Origin: the human T2T-CHM13v2.0 reference genome, Homo sapiens
Length of the DNA: 64,000 nucleotides
Direction: 5' to 3' (one strand)
Assembly: GCF_009914755.1 (NCBI RefSeq)
Contig: NC_060931.1
Of this stretch, positions 14,153 through 28,575 are shown in pieces (the first letter of the stretch is position 1; every line of letters starts with the position of its first letter). The notes under the pieces are model-generated. The model had not been told where the DNA came from. It was given only the letters and a program-made list of their open reading frames with translations, and searched no databases. The translations under genes were made by a program, and so were the position numbers.

Positions 14153-15459
14153 ATACTAGAGTTAGAATGTAAAAGGAATTGAAATTCCCTTCCTTTAATA
14201 ATAATAATAATATTTATTTGTTTTCAGGAAAGCAATGCATTTGGTCATTAAAATATACGATCTCTTATTTCTTTGAATGCTTATTTGATTATATATTTCC
14301 TTAACTTCATGTACCATGTTAAGTGCTTAAGCACACGTACAAGCTCACAGTTCAGCCTTTTGCTTATTTTCAAAAATTTTTGGCATTTATTGGTAGCAGA
14401 GTAATGTCCCTTCTAAAGTGGGTTAAAAGGCAGCACGAAGAACAAAGAGGGAATCTTCTGTAAGCATGACTTGACTCCAATTACTCCTAACTGAGAGGGC
14501 TAAGTAGTTCTGTGTAATCTCTGTCAAAAAAGATGACTGGCTCAAAGAGGTCTGGCCCTTACCCATTGGCAACCATCTTAGTTTTGTGATTGTTTATGCC
14601 AAAAACAATCAGCCCAAACCATATGCATTTCAGACAGAAATAAAACATCATCCAAAATGGTATAAAGTTAAGTAAGAAGTTAACTGTTTCAAATAGAGGG
14701 ACTGTTTTATTTGTTTTACAGTTGTGTATGGAATATTTTCCTACCAGCCTTGATTCTAAAATGCAGTAGAACAGATAAGCTATATTTAAGATGTGAAATT
14801 ACTAGTAGGTTGATTTTGTTTAATTTTAAAATATCTAACTTGCATATTTTTAAGAATCTGGACTTCAGATATTTATTCACATTTGTCTGAAAATATAGAT
14901 GGTGCCAAAGCTGGAATATACCCAGAGTGATTCATCACAATGGAGTAGGTAGATGCTAACAATTTCTGACTGGCAGAGACCAAATTGCTTCATTATCCCC
15001 AATTAACCCCAAAGATTAACAAGCAAATGAACCACCTGCCACCATTGTTTACAAGAGATTTTAAGAGGGTTGAGAGGCAAGCTGGGCTTGGACCATTTCT
15101 TGATAAAGATGTCCCAATCCCATCCCCACCAAACACAACTCAGTCAAAGGAAATTCTCCAATATCTATTACTGCTGAAGAATGTGTAATCTTGTTAATTA
15201 AAGGTCTAATTAATTCTATTTGTTAAATATATTACCATGATTTTAACTCATTTTAATAAATTTTACCACTTACAAAATCAACATAAACATTTAATACTGT
15301 ATGTTCCTTTTCACTAATAAATCTTATAATTGATGACATCTTAAAATTAAAGAAAAAGTGTTTCATTGACACTTTTTTAAAATAAATCTTTTAAATAGAA
15401 TTGGATTCATGTTATATGTTGGTTCATGATACACAGTCCTCATTAGAGTGTGTGTGTTT

Positions 15460-18400
15460 GTATGCAACTAATAACAGAACATCAAAATACACAAAGCAAA
15501 ACTAATAGCAATGAAGGAAGTAAACAGCAATTCAGCGATAATAATTGAGTACTTCAATACTCCACTATTAATGCTGGATAGAACAGCTAGACAAAAAAAA
15601 GAAAGAAACAGAAAATTTGAACAAAACTGTAAACATATATAGATGTAGACATCTATATATGTAGACATCTATACATTATATGTAGGCATCTATAGAACAT
15701 TCAGCATAACAACAGAATATACATTATTCTCAAGTATACACAGAACATTCTCCAGGATAGACCATATCCTTTAGAACTTATTGAAGCCACAAACCTCAAT
15801 ATGTTCTAAAAGGTGGAAACAACACAAAATATGTTCTCTGACCACAATGGAATGAAATTAGAACTCAATAGCAGAAAAGTATTCGGGGAAATTACAAAAA
15901 CGTGGAAACCAAATAACACTCTCATAAATAACCAATTGGCCAAAAAAGAAATCAAAAGGAAAAATTACAAAATACATTGAGATGAAAGACAATGAAAACA
16001 CAGCACAACAAAACTTTTGAGATGCAGCGAAAGCAGTGCTTAGAGGGAAATGTATATTTCTAAATGCCTATATTAGGAAATAATAAATATTACAAATCAA
16101 TAACCTAGCCTTCCTGCTTATGGCACTGGAAAAGAGCAAAAATAAAGCAAGCAGAAGGAAGGAAATAAATAAAGATTATGGCAGAAACTAATGAAATAGA
16201 GAATATAAAAACAATACAGAAAATCAATAAAACTAAAAGCTGGTTCTTCAAAAAGATCTACAAAACTGCCAAATGTTTGGATAGCTAGAACAAGAGGAAA
16301 ACAGAGAATACTTAAATTACTAGAATTAGTACAAAAATGGGGATATTACCACTGACTTTACAGAAATAAAAGAGTTAAAAAGCAATACTTTGAACAACTG
16401 TAGGTAATAAGTTAGATAACTTGGATGATATTAACAAATTCCTAGAAACATACAAAATACCAAAATTGACTCAAGAAGCATACTCTGAAGACTACAAACA
16501 TTGTTGAAAGAAATTAAAGAAGATTGAAATAAATGGAAAAACGTGGCCCAAATTCATGAATTGTAAGATTTAACACTGTTGAATTGGTAATACTCCCCAA
16601 ACTGAACTACATATTCAACACAATTTTTATCAGAATTCTAGCTGACTTCTTTGTACAAGATGACAAACTGATTCTAAAATTCATATGAAATTTACGGGGA
16701 CTTAGAATAGCCAAAACAAACTTGCAAGAGAAGAACAAAGCAGGACTCACATTTCCTGATTTTAAAAATTAACTACAAAGCAACAGTAATTAAGACAACA
16801 TGGTATTGGCACAAGGGTAGATGTACAGATCAATGGAATATAACTGCCAGTACTAAAATAAACCCATACATCTATGGCCAACTGATTTTTGACAAGGCTG
16901 CCAAGATTATCCAATGGGGAAAGAATAGTCTTTTCAACAAAGGGCACTGGGGCAACCAGATAGCTACCATGAAAAGAATGAAATTGGATCCTTACCTCAC
17001 ACATCCACAAAAATTAACTCAAAATGGATCAAACACCAAAATATGAAAGCTATTACTATAGTAGCTTAAGAAGAAAACAAATGGGTAAGACTTTACGACC
17101 CTGGATGTGACAATGGATTCTTAGATTTGACATCAAAATCATGAAGTCTTAAAATAAACTTCATCAAAATTCAAAACTTTTGTGTTTCAACCTCCTTATA
17201 AAAGTAATTCTTTATTTTTTTCCTGTTTTTCTTTCCTTTTTTTTAAAGAGAAAATTGTTCAGAGCCACAAAAAACTTTTGTGCTTCAAAGAACACCATCT
17301 AGAAAGTTAAAACCTACAGAATATATATGCACTTATATGTGTGCATATGTATGTGCAAATCATATATCAGACAAGGGACTAACTTGCATCTAGAATCTAT
17401 AAAAACTTATACAACTCAGTAAGAAGACGACAAATAACCCAATGTAAAACATAGGCAAATAGTTTGAATAGACATGTCTCCATGGAAGATATACAAATGG
17501 CCAATAAGTACATGAAAAGATGCTTGAGAACATTAGTCATCAGAAAAATACAAATCAAAACTACCGTGAGATACTACTTCACACCCACTAAGATGGCTAG
17601 AATCAAAAAGTCATATTGACAGTGACAGAAGACAGGCAAATTCCTAGGCAGATAGGGATGGGTCCCTGGTAAAACCCAACCTTCAAGCCAAAGACAGTTT
17701 AAAGCCTGAAAACTGAGCTGCTGGTTCTGGATAGAGTCTGTGACTGGAGTGAGAACTTCTATCCCCATCTTACCCTCTCTCTCTATCAGTTCCTTCTGGA
17801 TGTTGCCTGTTAACCAATTGAATGGTGCTTTTTCCAAAGCCCACCCATGGACCAATCAGCATGCATTTCCCTATTGTAAGCCCATAAAAGCCCTGGACTC
17901 AGCATGACAGATGGCTCTCGAGTTGAGACCTGCTCTTGAGGTACATGAATAATGCACTTGCTCTCGAGTCGTCTCTCACAGCTGAGCACTCTCCTTCCGT
18001 AGCTCAATAAAATTCTTCTCTGCCTTACTCACTCTCTGGTGTCTGCCCACCTCATTCCTCTTGGTCTCGGGACAAGAACCCAGAACCTGCCAAACAGTGG
18101 GAGCAAAAAGAGCTGTAACACTCCTGCTCGCTGAGCTATAGGAGTGAAGAGCTCTGACATTTCCTGGGGACTCAGACCTTGGGATTCCCCAAGCAAGAGC
18201 TGTAACACCCTTTGTGTCTCCATGATTGCTGGCATCTCTGAGTTTTTGGGCACCACCATGTTCCCTTTGTCTAGACGCCAGTGTCTGACATGGAAGCCAC
18301 TTGTGGCATGCTCAGTCCAGCTGCAGGCTGAGATGGAGCTTCGGGCTGGCTGCAAGCCAAATGCAGCCTGCCAGGCCAAGCAGGTGGAGGGAGCCCAGCA

Positions 18401-19185
18401 GTCCCCAAGCAAGGCCTGGGCAGAGGCAGCAGTGGCCACAATTTTCAGCTGGCAAAGTGGCCCTGAAGGAATCCTGTAACAATATAATAACAAATGTCAG
18501 CAAGGATATGAATAAATAAGAACCCTCAAATATTGATGGTGGGAATGTAAAATAGTGCCACTGTTTTGAAAAACAATCTAGCAGTTTCTAAAGTGGTTAA
18601 ATAGAAAGTCACCATACGACCTAGCAATTATATTTCTAGGTATATTCCCAACAAAAATAAAAACATATATCTACACAAAAATTGTACATGAATAATTATA
18701 GCAGCATTATTTATAATAGTTAAAAGGTAGAAAGAACCCAGATGCCCGTCAATGGACAAATGAACAAACAAAATGTGGTATATCCATATAATGGAATATA
18801 TTTATCCATAAAGAATTGAAGTATCGATACATTGTACAACTTAAATAAATCTTGAAAATATTATATTAAGTGAACAAAAGCCAGTCACAAAAGTCTATAT
18901 ATTATAAGATTTCATTCATGTGAAAATCCAGAACATAGAAACTAGTAGAAACAGAAAGTAGATTTACGGTTGTTTGGGATTAGAAGTGGGGTATTGGAAG
19001 ACAGGCAGTAATAGCTAAAGGGTATGGAGGGTTTTTTTTTTTTTTTCGAGATGATAAAAATGTTTTAAAATTGACTGTGGCGATGGTTTCACATTATCTT
19101 TGAATATTCCAAAACCATTGAATTGTACACTCTAATAGGGTGAATTGTATAGTATGTAAATCCCCTCTCAATAAAGCTATTTTTA
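15460..19185 (+). mobile_element. Old L1MB-type element (ORF2 with internal deletion near 16478, plus 3'UTR), interrupted by an LTR at 17617-18481
   Basis: Degraded endonuclease region, jump from the linker to late ORF2, then 3'UTR ending CTCAATAAAGCT. Confidence 0.88.
17617..18481 (+). mobile_element. Solo ERV1 LTR of the LTR1/LTR27/LTR28 group
   Basis: TG...CA termini, 4-bp TSD ATAT (17613-17616 and 18482-18485), CCAAT boxes, CATAAAA, AATAAA near 18006; the L1 resumes exactly after it. Confidence 0.88.
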
Positions 19186-19194
19186 ATTGACAAT

Positions 19195-19600
19195 TAATAT
19201 AGGCAAACAAATTGAGGGAACTAGTGGAATAATTAGACAATTACACCATCATAATGGAAGATTTTAACATATCTCTTCCAATTATTGATAGATCAAGTGG
19301 ATTAAAAAAATCAGCTAACTATAGAAAATTTCAACATAAATATCACTGAATGAATGGACCCCAAAATCAGAGTGCATGTCCTTCTAAAGCACACATGGAA
19401 CAGTTACAAACTCAATCATGTTAAGGCCATAGAGCAAGTCCCCAGAGTTTCAAAAAGTTAGGTCACACAAAACCCCATTCTATGACTACAATGCAATTAA
19501 GTTAGAAATTAATAACAAAAAGAAATAACAAATTTATCTCATATATTTAGAAACTAACCCATAGGTAAAAAAAGAAATTGTAATGAAAATTTTTTACAAC
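19195..19600 (+). mobile_element. Ancient L1M ORF2 endonuclease-region fragment
   Basis: CATCATAATGGAAGATTTTAACA...GATAGATCAAG...TATGACTACAATGCAATTAAGTTAGAAAT. Confidence 0.7.
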
Positions 19601-19780
19601 TTTAATATATTTTATCCATTTTTAAGAAATCTGAAATGTGATAAATGTATTAAAGCTACCTATAATAAAAAATTACACAAGTACATACACTGAAGTCTTG
19701 AAGTTTCTCAAAGACTGTTATAAGTCAGTATAAGCACTGGATAAGAAGAAATTTCTAGCTGATAATTACTCAGCTATGGA

Positions 19781-19836
19781 CAAATATTTAGGTATTGCTG
19801 GGATACTCACAAATATTTAGGTATGGCTGGGATACT
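19781..19836. repeat. Two-copy tandem duplication, period 29
   Basis: CAAATATTTAGGTAT(T/G)GCTGGGATACT at 19781-19807 and 19810-19836. Confidence 0.9.
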
Positions 19837-19870
19837 TGTCTATGAATGGCGCTATGGGTAAAAAGCTTAC

Positions 19871-20017
19871 AAAGCCAGACTTTTTAACTCTCCTCCTGTA
19901 AATACATGATTCTCAGTATCCATTGACATGGGAAACACGTTGGAGAGTTCCTGATGTTTGTGATTATACTCCCAGCAATAATTATTCCACCCAAAACGAT
20001 ATTCAGATATAAAGAGC
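19871..20017 (-). other. Candidate 147-nt exon of an unidentified minus-strand transcript
   Basis: Acceptor CCTTATTTTTTCAG, donor GTAAGC, one fully open frame (LFISEYRFGWNNYCWEYNHKHQELSNVFPMSMDTENHVFTGGELKSLA); no homology recognised. Confidence 0.35.
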
Positions 20018-20824
20018 CTGAAAAAATAAGGCTTGATGAGATTTTTTCCTAAGATCTTCCTTTCCCTGCCCAAATTAGTCAAAGTTTAAGTACACCTATT
20101 TTAATAGGCCTCCTACAAACAACATCAAACTTCAACAAGCAAAAACATACCCATGTTTTTATTTCATGGGGCACTAGTTGATATGATAATTTTATAAATG
20201 CTGTAGATATTTTACTCACCTAACTTAAAATAGATTTTCCCTGGTAAGAAATGATATGTTACATACAGAAAAAGTTGTACAGAACTACCTAAAGTACATG
20301 TAGTTAGGAATACCACCAAATTAAAATACTCTCTTTTTTGTAGACACACTTCAAGTAATATTATTTTTAAAACATTGGTAATAGGTTAAAATATGACATC
20401 ATATATCTAATAGATACAACTTTGTTCATTACCAAACTAAAATTTCTGGAGTTTAAATTGTCTTTTGACATTTAGAACAAAACTTAAAAGCTAGAGGCTA
20501 AAACTGTGGCAATGGAGCATGGTCAGCTTTTTGTCCTATACAGGTATCAGTAAGATGAAGTATTTCTGAACTAAAATCAAATAAAAATTTCAATAATATT
20601 GTTACTATTTCAAAACCCTTAGGAATGTTTCAAGACGTGAAGAATAGAATTATTTATAGAATGTATTGGCTTCCTCTGAACAATGCTCAAGGAGAGATAT
20701 ATCTCCTCACTTAATGGCTTACAAAACAGGTTCTCTTAAATATCAGACATGCAATGAGCACATTTCTATTCTATGTTCTCTCTCTAATGAATGGCACTTA
20801 TAATAAGAATGATATAGGTTACCA

Positions 20825-21060
20825 ATGATTAACTATTTTCTTTGTATCAGGATGTGTTACATGCTTTACATGTCTTATATATATATACTCATGGCAAGAA
20901 AACAAAGTAGTTCTTAAGATTATTATTATTATCACTATCATTTAATTTTAAAGATATAAAATCTGGGACCACAAAAGTTTAATTAGTCCAAGGCCATGTA
21001 CCCAGTAAACATTCAGTTCCAGGTATGTAGTTCCCAAAAGCCTGGAAGATTTCCTCCATT
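20825..21060 (-). mobile_element. MIR SINE, degraded
   Basis: TGCTTTACATGTCTTAT...TTTTAAAGATATAAAATCTGGGACC...CCAAGGCCATGTACCCAGTAA. Confidence 0.55.
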
Positions 21061-22864
21061 CCATGATTTCATTTGCTTTTCCTTGTTATCAGCCAGCTAT
21101 AAAACAAAATCCAAATAGGTATGTGTATACCCCAAAGTGAGAAAAATATGATTGCTTTTGACAGTCTTTCAGGCTCCAGAATAAAACACAAGAATTGTGT
21201 TGACCTGGAGCAAGAAATTATTTGTCCTACTTTTGGCCTGCCTGCTTTATTTTCCAGTGAAGATCAAATATTTCGTCAGGCCTCCTTTATGGAGTTGTGT
21301 TGTTGGTTTATTTTCAAATAGCTTCTTATTCTCAGAGCCCACCTGTGTTAAACTTAATTTTGAATAACTTTAAAAGATGAAATAGTGAAAGTATTGTTTT
21401 CGATGTGTGCTTTGCCAGAGTCTTCCATAACCTCTTTTTGAGCAGCAGCTGTCAAATTTTAACGTGTGTAACAATGCACATCTATGGACTGGCTGGATTG
21501 CCAGGCCTGGAACAAGATGGGGATTTCCAAATGATTCTGAAGCAGTTGATACTAAGATGACCCCTCAAGAAAAGTGATTGCATTGAACATGATTATAATC
21601 TTGTTTAAATAATAAGGGTGGCCAGAAGATGAGCTCCAGGGTCAGATGAACCTATAGTTAGGTTTTATTTCTGTTGCTTTCTAGCTCTGATTTAGAACAA
21701 ATCTTTTAACCCCTTAGCCCGTGTTGTGAGGATTTAATGAGATCAAACGGGAAAGACTTTCACTCTTCCCTTTTAAAGCTCAGATCTTTGCACAACAAAT
21801 CCAGTGTTCTTTCTATTCCGCAATACTACCTCTAAGAAAGGGCAATGTGCTGCCTGCTCCAAACGCTGTGCCTCAAAAATGCTGCCAATCTTCCTAAACT
21901 CCTAAGCATCAAGCCAAGGCTATTCATTTCCTTGATGATTCATCTTAACACTCGTTACTTGTTGAATTTTCCACCACACCACTTTATTTTGGCATTCCGG
22001 GCCTTCTTTTGGCAATAATGCCATTTGTTTGGAGAAATACAGTGAGGTTAGAAATTTAACACTTAACACAACAGTTTATAAGGCGCCATGTTCCAGGCAG
22101 CAGGAATTCACCTGAGCTTTGTCACAGAGGCTTACTGCCTCTCTGGTTCCTTTGCACATGGCTGGCAGGTGGCTTAATTCATCTTGGCTTGAGCAGTTTT
22201 TGCTCTGGCTTTAAGTAGAAGTAAAGTACCTTTTATTACTGGACACCCTTCAGGAGACATAAGTGCCTTGGAAGACGCTAAAAGAGTATGTTCTCTACTC
22301 TGGTAATAGCTGTGCTATGGAAGAGGATAGAAAAAACTTTAAAAGTCGGGAATGTATACTTTAATCTTTATGTATCTAGATCCTTGGTGAAATGCAAAAG
22401 AATATTCTCTGATTTATTAACTTCTTACAGCCTATGGACTTTCCATCTTCACAGGCCCTTAATTTAAAGCGATTTTCTAACAGAAAGCAAATGGTAGTAA
22501 ACTTTACAAAAGGATAGAATGGTATAGTCATTAAAATATTATTGAAGTAATATGAAATACTTATTTGAAATGACTACTGGCATCACCAGAAAGGATCTTT
22601 AACCTTTCAGTAATTTTATAGTTCTGACTCTTATTTCCAAATTTAGATTTCATCAGCACTACCAGAAAATATAAGAACAGTAGCCTCAGCGCAGGTTTAG
22701 TTTATATTTAGGACTTATTTTGCCATCTTTAATTTACAGTTCTCTAGTAAACCAAAAAAATAGAAACAAAAATTAGGCTTAAAAATTGTTACTAAAACGA
22801 ATTATGTTGTAGTTATATTTCTTTCAGGCAATAGTTTACCCTCAGGAATCTAATTTGTGGCACT

Positions 22865-23047
22865 TATTTCCTCCAGTCCAAAGTCTGAACTTTGGCTCCA
22901 CAGCTTCCAGACTGTGCGACACTGGTGATATTCAACATCTCTAACTCTCCGTTTTCTTGTGCATAATACAGGAATAGCAATAATTCCCTCATAGATTATG
23001 TAAGCATCAAAAACCAATGCTAAAAGATAGTGGGCACTCAACAAATA
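22865..23047 (+). mobile_element. MIR SINE
   Basis: CTGAACTTTGGCTCCAC...CTGTGCGACACTGG...AATAGCAATAATTCCCTCATAG...GGCACTCAACAAATA. Confidence 0.65.
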
Positions 23048-23365
23048 ATAATTTTTACCACACTATGATATGAATATTTTAAAGTAAATAACAATAAAGA
23101 TTAAGCAGAATTACAAAGGATGTAATTACATGGGATGTCTAGCTGCTTGAAGAATAGAATCATACAAAGTCAATTGCCACAAGAAACTTAGAAAGTCAGT
23201 GTTTGCATTTCTTTAGAATCAAACACTTGAGTCTTCACTGTTTCAAGGTTGAACTCATCATGCTAGTATTTGATTTTGATGAATTTATTAGTTTTTCTTA
23301 GTATAACCATCGTGTTTACAGCTCTTGCTTATGGGTTCATCTGTGGAAGAACACTGTGTACTTAC

Positions 23366-23443
23366 CACTTCATTAATGAAGAGGTCTTTAGATTTGGAAT
23401 CTATCCTATTATACTGTAATACCTAAGATTTGAAAGTACATTT
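23366..23443 (-). other. Candidate small exon (57 or 78 nt depending on acceptor)
   Basis: Donor GTG|GTAAGT; acceptors CATTTTTCTTACAG (start 23443) or TTTCAAATCTTAG (start 23422, open frame VLQYNRIDSKSKDLFINEV). Confidence 0.3.
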
Positions 23444-25812
23444 CTGTAAGAAAAATGTATTACAGTTATAATAATTTAAGGATGCCATTTTCAGAATGTT
23501 AATTGTATATAGGCAAAATTACTGAAGCCAAAAAATATGCAATGGCTTGGAATTTAATTGCAACTGGGAGACTACCCTTTGGAAAGTGCATGTGGATGGA
23601 AATATTTATGAGTTGGCATGGAAAGCTGGCTCAGTATATTTGCTATGGAATAATTTTAACTGTTACCTTGTTTTACAAGCTGGATTTTATCTGGTGCCTT
23701 TTGGGGAGGGTTGAACAAGTCTATACATTCACTCTACATGCTGAGGTGGTTGTTTTAGTTTTCAATTTCAGATATGCTTGAGAAGATTTTAATAAACTTT
23801 CACAGGAAAAAGATCAAATAAATCAAAACTCCAACATTCTCCACATAAGAGTGACATGATATTTTCCATGCTCTATTGTTTCATATACCATCAGTTTTGT
23901 ACCAGATTCTGGCAAAGAAAAATATCTTGCCTCAATAATTTTTATTTTTTGGACCACCAACAAACAAAAATCCAAAAATAAACAAAAACCAAACCAAGAA
24001 AGAAAGCATAAAACAGTAAAAATCAAAACCATGACTTGCATGCTAACTCTAAAAAGAAACCATATAATAAACTTTCTGTTCATTTTGATTACAATCAAAT
24101 TTTGTCAAACACAGTGGTCTTTCTCACAAAAGATCTAATATCTAAAAATTTAAATTTGTCCAAAGTAAGGAACTGATTAATGAGATATATTTACAATCGA
24201 TTATTCTGCAGACATTAAGAAATGGCATTGTAAGAAAATACAATGGCATGGGGAAATGGGCATTATATCTTAACGTGAAAAGATATAAAATGTGGTCGTA
24301 TTTCTGTTTAAAAAGTGGTGCTTATTCACTGGAAAAATGGTTTGTAATTCTATTTGCCAGAAGTTTTTTTTCATGTGGTATAGACTTACAGTCGTTTATT
24401 TGCTTTGAAGTTAAATATATTTTCTAAAATTTCTAGTAATGGATATATTAATACTTATCATTGTGAAAAGAAAGAAATCACTATAATAATAAAATATGAA
24501 AAACTGGGTTTAAGCAGTGGCTACTGTCTCTTCATAAGTAAGTAGCCTGCTTCGATATTGACATTTCATGCCCAAATTTATGGCAGAGTGTTCAAGTGTG
24601 TCCAACCAGGAGAAGTTACCAGAAGAGCCAAGTCATGGACCGAGGAGGAAATGAGCACAGCAGGCACCAGGTGAGCTAGGAACTGCACAACCACAGCAGA
24701 TTCAGAATCGAGGACCATAGAGAACACTGTGCAGGTCATCCCAGTAACCAACAGGTCTGGAGCCAAAATCCAAAAGATGAAAGACAACTGTTTCTTGCCC
24801 AGTAATGTGTTCCATGTTAAAAGGCCCCCTTCTCTCTCTCTTTCTGTGTTGTTTTTTTCTCTCTCAAAAGAACCCCCGAACTGTGTGAGGTGTTGTGTCC
24901 CAAAGGCAATAAAACTTTAAATCAAGAAACTCTTAAGAATCCATATTCTCAAGGTCAGTAGAGGAATACTCTGATTTGATGATTCTTAATGAACCCAATG
25001 TTTTATTAATTAAATCAAGCCACACACACATAAAAATATACATTATTACTTACACATCTTGTTTTTATATGGTTTTATAAATCTGTATCAATTTTTAAAA
25101 CCTGTTATTCCCTGCAGTATGTTCAGAACTGCTTAGTGACTCTTTACGAGACTTAGGAGAAGTTAGATTTTAGGAGAGTTGTAGATGAGTTCTAATTTTC
25201 CAGAAATTATATTAGGAAAGTAACTTTAAAATAAATATGTTAAATTCTACAGAAAACCAATGACCTAAATTTAAATTCTAAACTTGAAACCAGAAGGTTT
25301 GACCCTATCTTCAGGGTGCTTTTGTCGTGCATATTGTAAGGAGAAGATCGGGTTATACCCCACTGAGGAATTCCTCAGCTAATGTCTTATAGAACTATAA
25401 AGACTCTTCCAATTTACTCATCCTGGGAAAATGATTACTTAATGCATTTACAGTCTTTACCTCCAGATTAAAATAATCTCAATTTAATTTTCTTTATAGG
25501 CTGTATTTCTTTTTTGCTAACCTGTGAATTTCCTTGATTTTTCTGAAAATGAGATGCCCGAAATTAAAGCTTACACTAATACAGTCAGTATACTAATTCA
25601 TTCTAATGCTGGGAGGATTTCACTCCCAGCACTTTTAAGATAATTAATCTCAGATTATGAAAAGGCAGCAACTTGTAGAGCAGCCTACCCTATGGTTACA
25701 AAGATAAAATAGAACATGCAAATCAGATGATAAGCTCAACTAGTAATAATAATTATTGTTTATTAAGTGGTAATAGTAAGGACATTGTTTTAATTCATCA
25801 CACCTGCTATAA

Positions 25813-28066
<2,254 letters not shown>

Positions 28067-28291
28067 AGAGTGCGGAAGCCTATCCCTGTGAGTGTGGAGA
28101 CCTCAGGAGACAAAATACATTTTACCTAAGTACAGGCTAACCACTCAATTCATCTTAGCATGAGGCGACACATAAATCCAGGTTTCACAGTCATCTCCAG
28201 TTATACTTCCTAGTTCGCTCCCTGTAACATTTGAACCCTTTACATACTGGTGCGTAAACACACCCAGAGAGTCAACCTAAGTGATTTCAAG

Positions 28292-28310
28292 TAGTCCACT
28301 AGGTGGCAGA
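28292..28310 (+). promoter_or_regulatory. Candidate CTCF binding site
   Basis: TAGTCCACTAGGTGGCAGA matches the core CCACYAGRKGGCR. Confidence 0.55.
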
Positions 28311-28575
28311 GGTGTTTACGAGGAAGTGAAGCTCAACAATGCTCAAGTCTCCAATAGTTCAGCAAGCCAGGAAATGAAAGAGAACCTAATTGGAGAATAT
28401 ATGGTATTTCTGAATTACAACATAAATATGTATTAAACTGTGAATCTACCCCACCCCCAAACACATACCACACTACAGGGGTTTCAATTTTAAACAAGAT
28501 ATGAAAAACCATCAAAAATAGCAGCAGCTACCTGAGTCAGCCAACAATGCTATTTTAAATAATTTTTAAATAATT

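Noticed and set aside
18029-18519. 154-aa and overlapping ORFs
   Set aside because: They lie almost entirely within the solo ERV1 LTR
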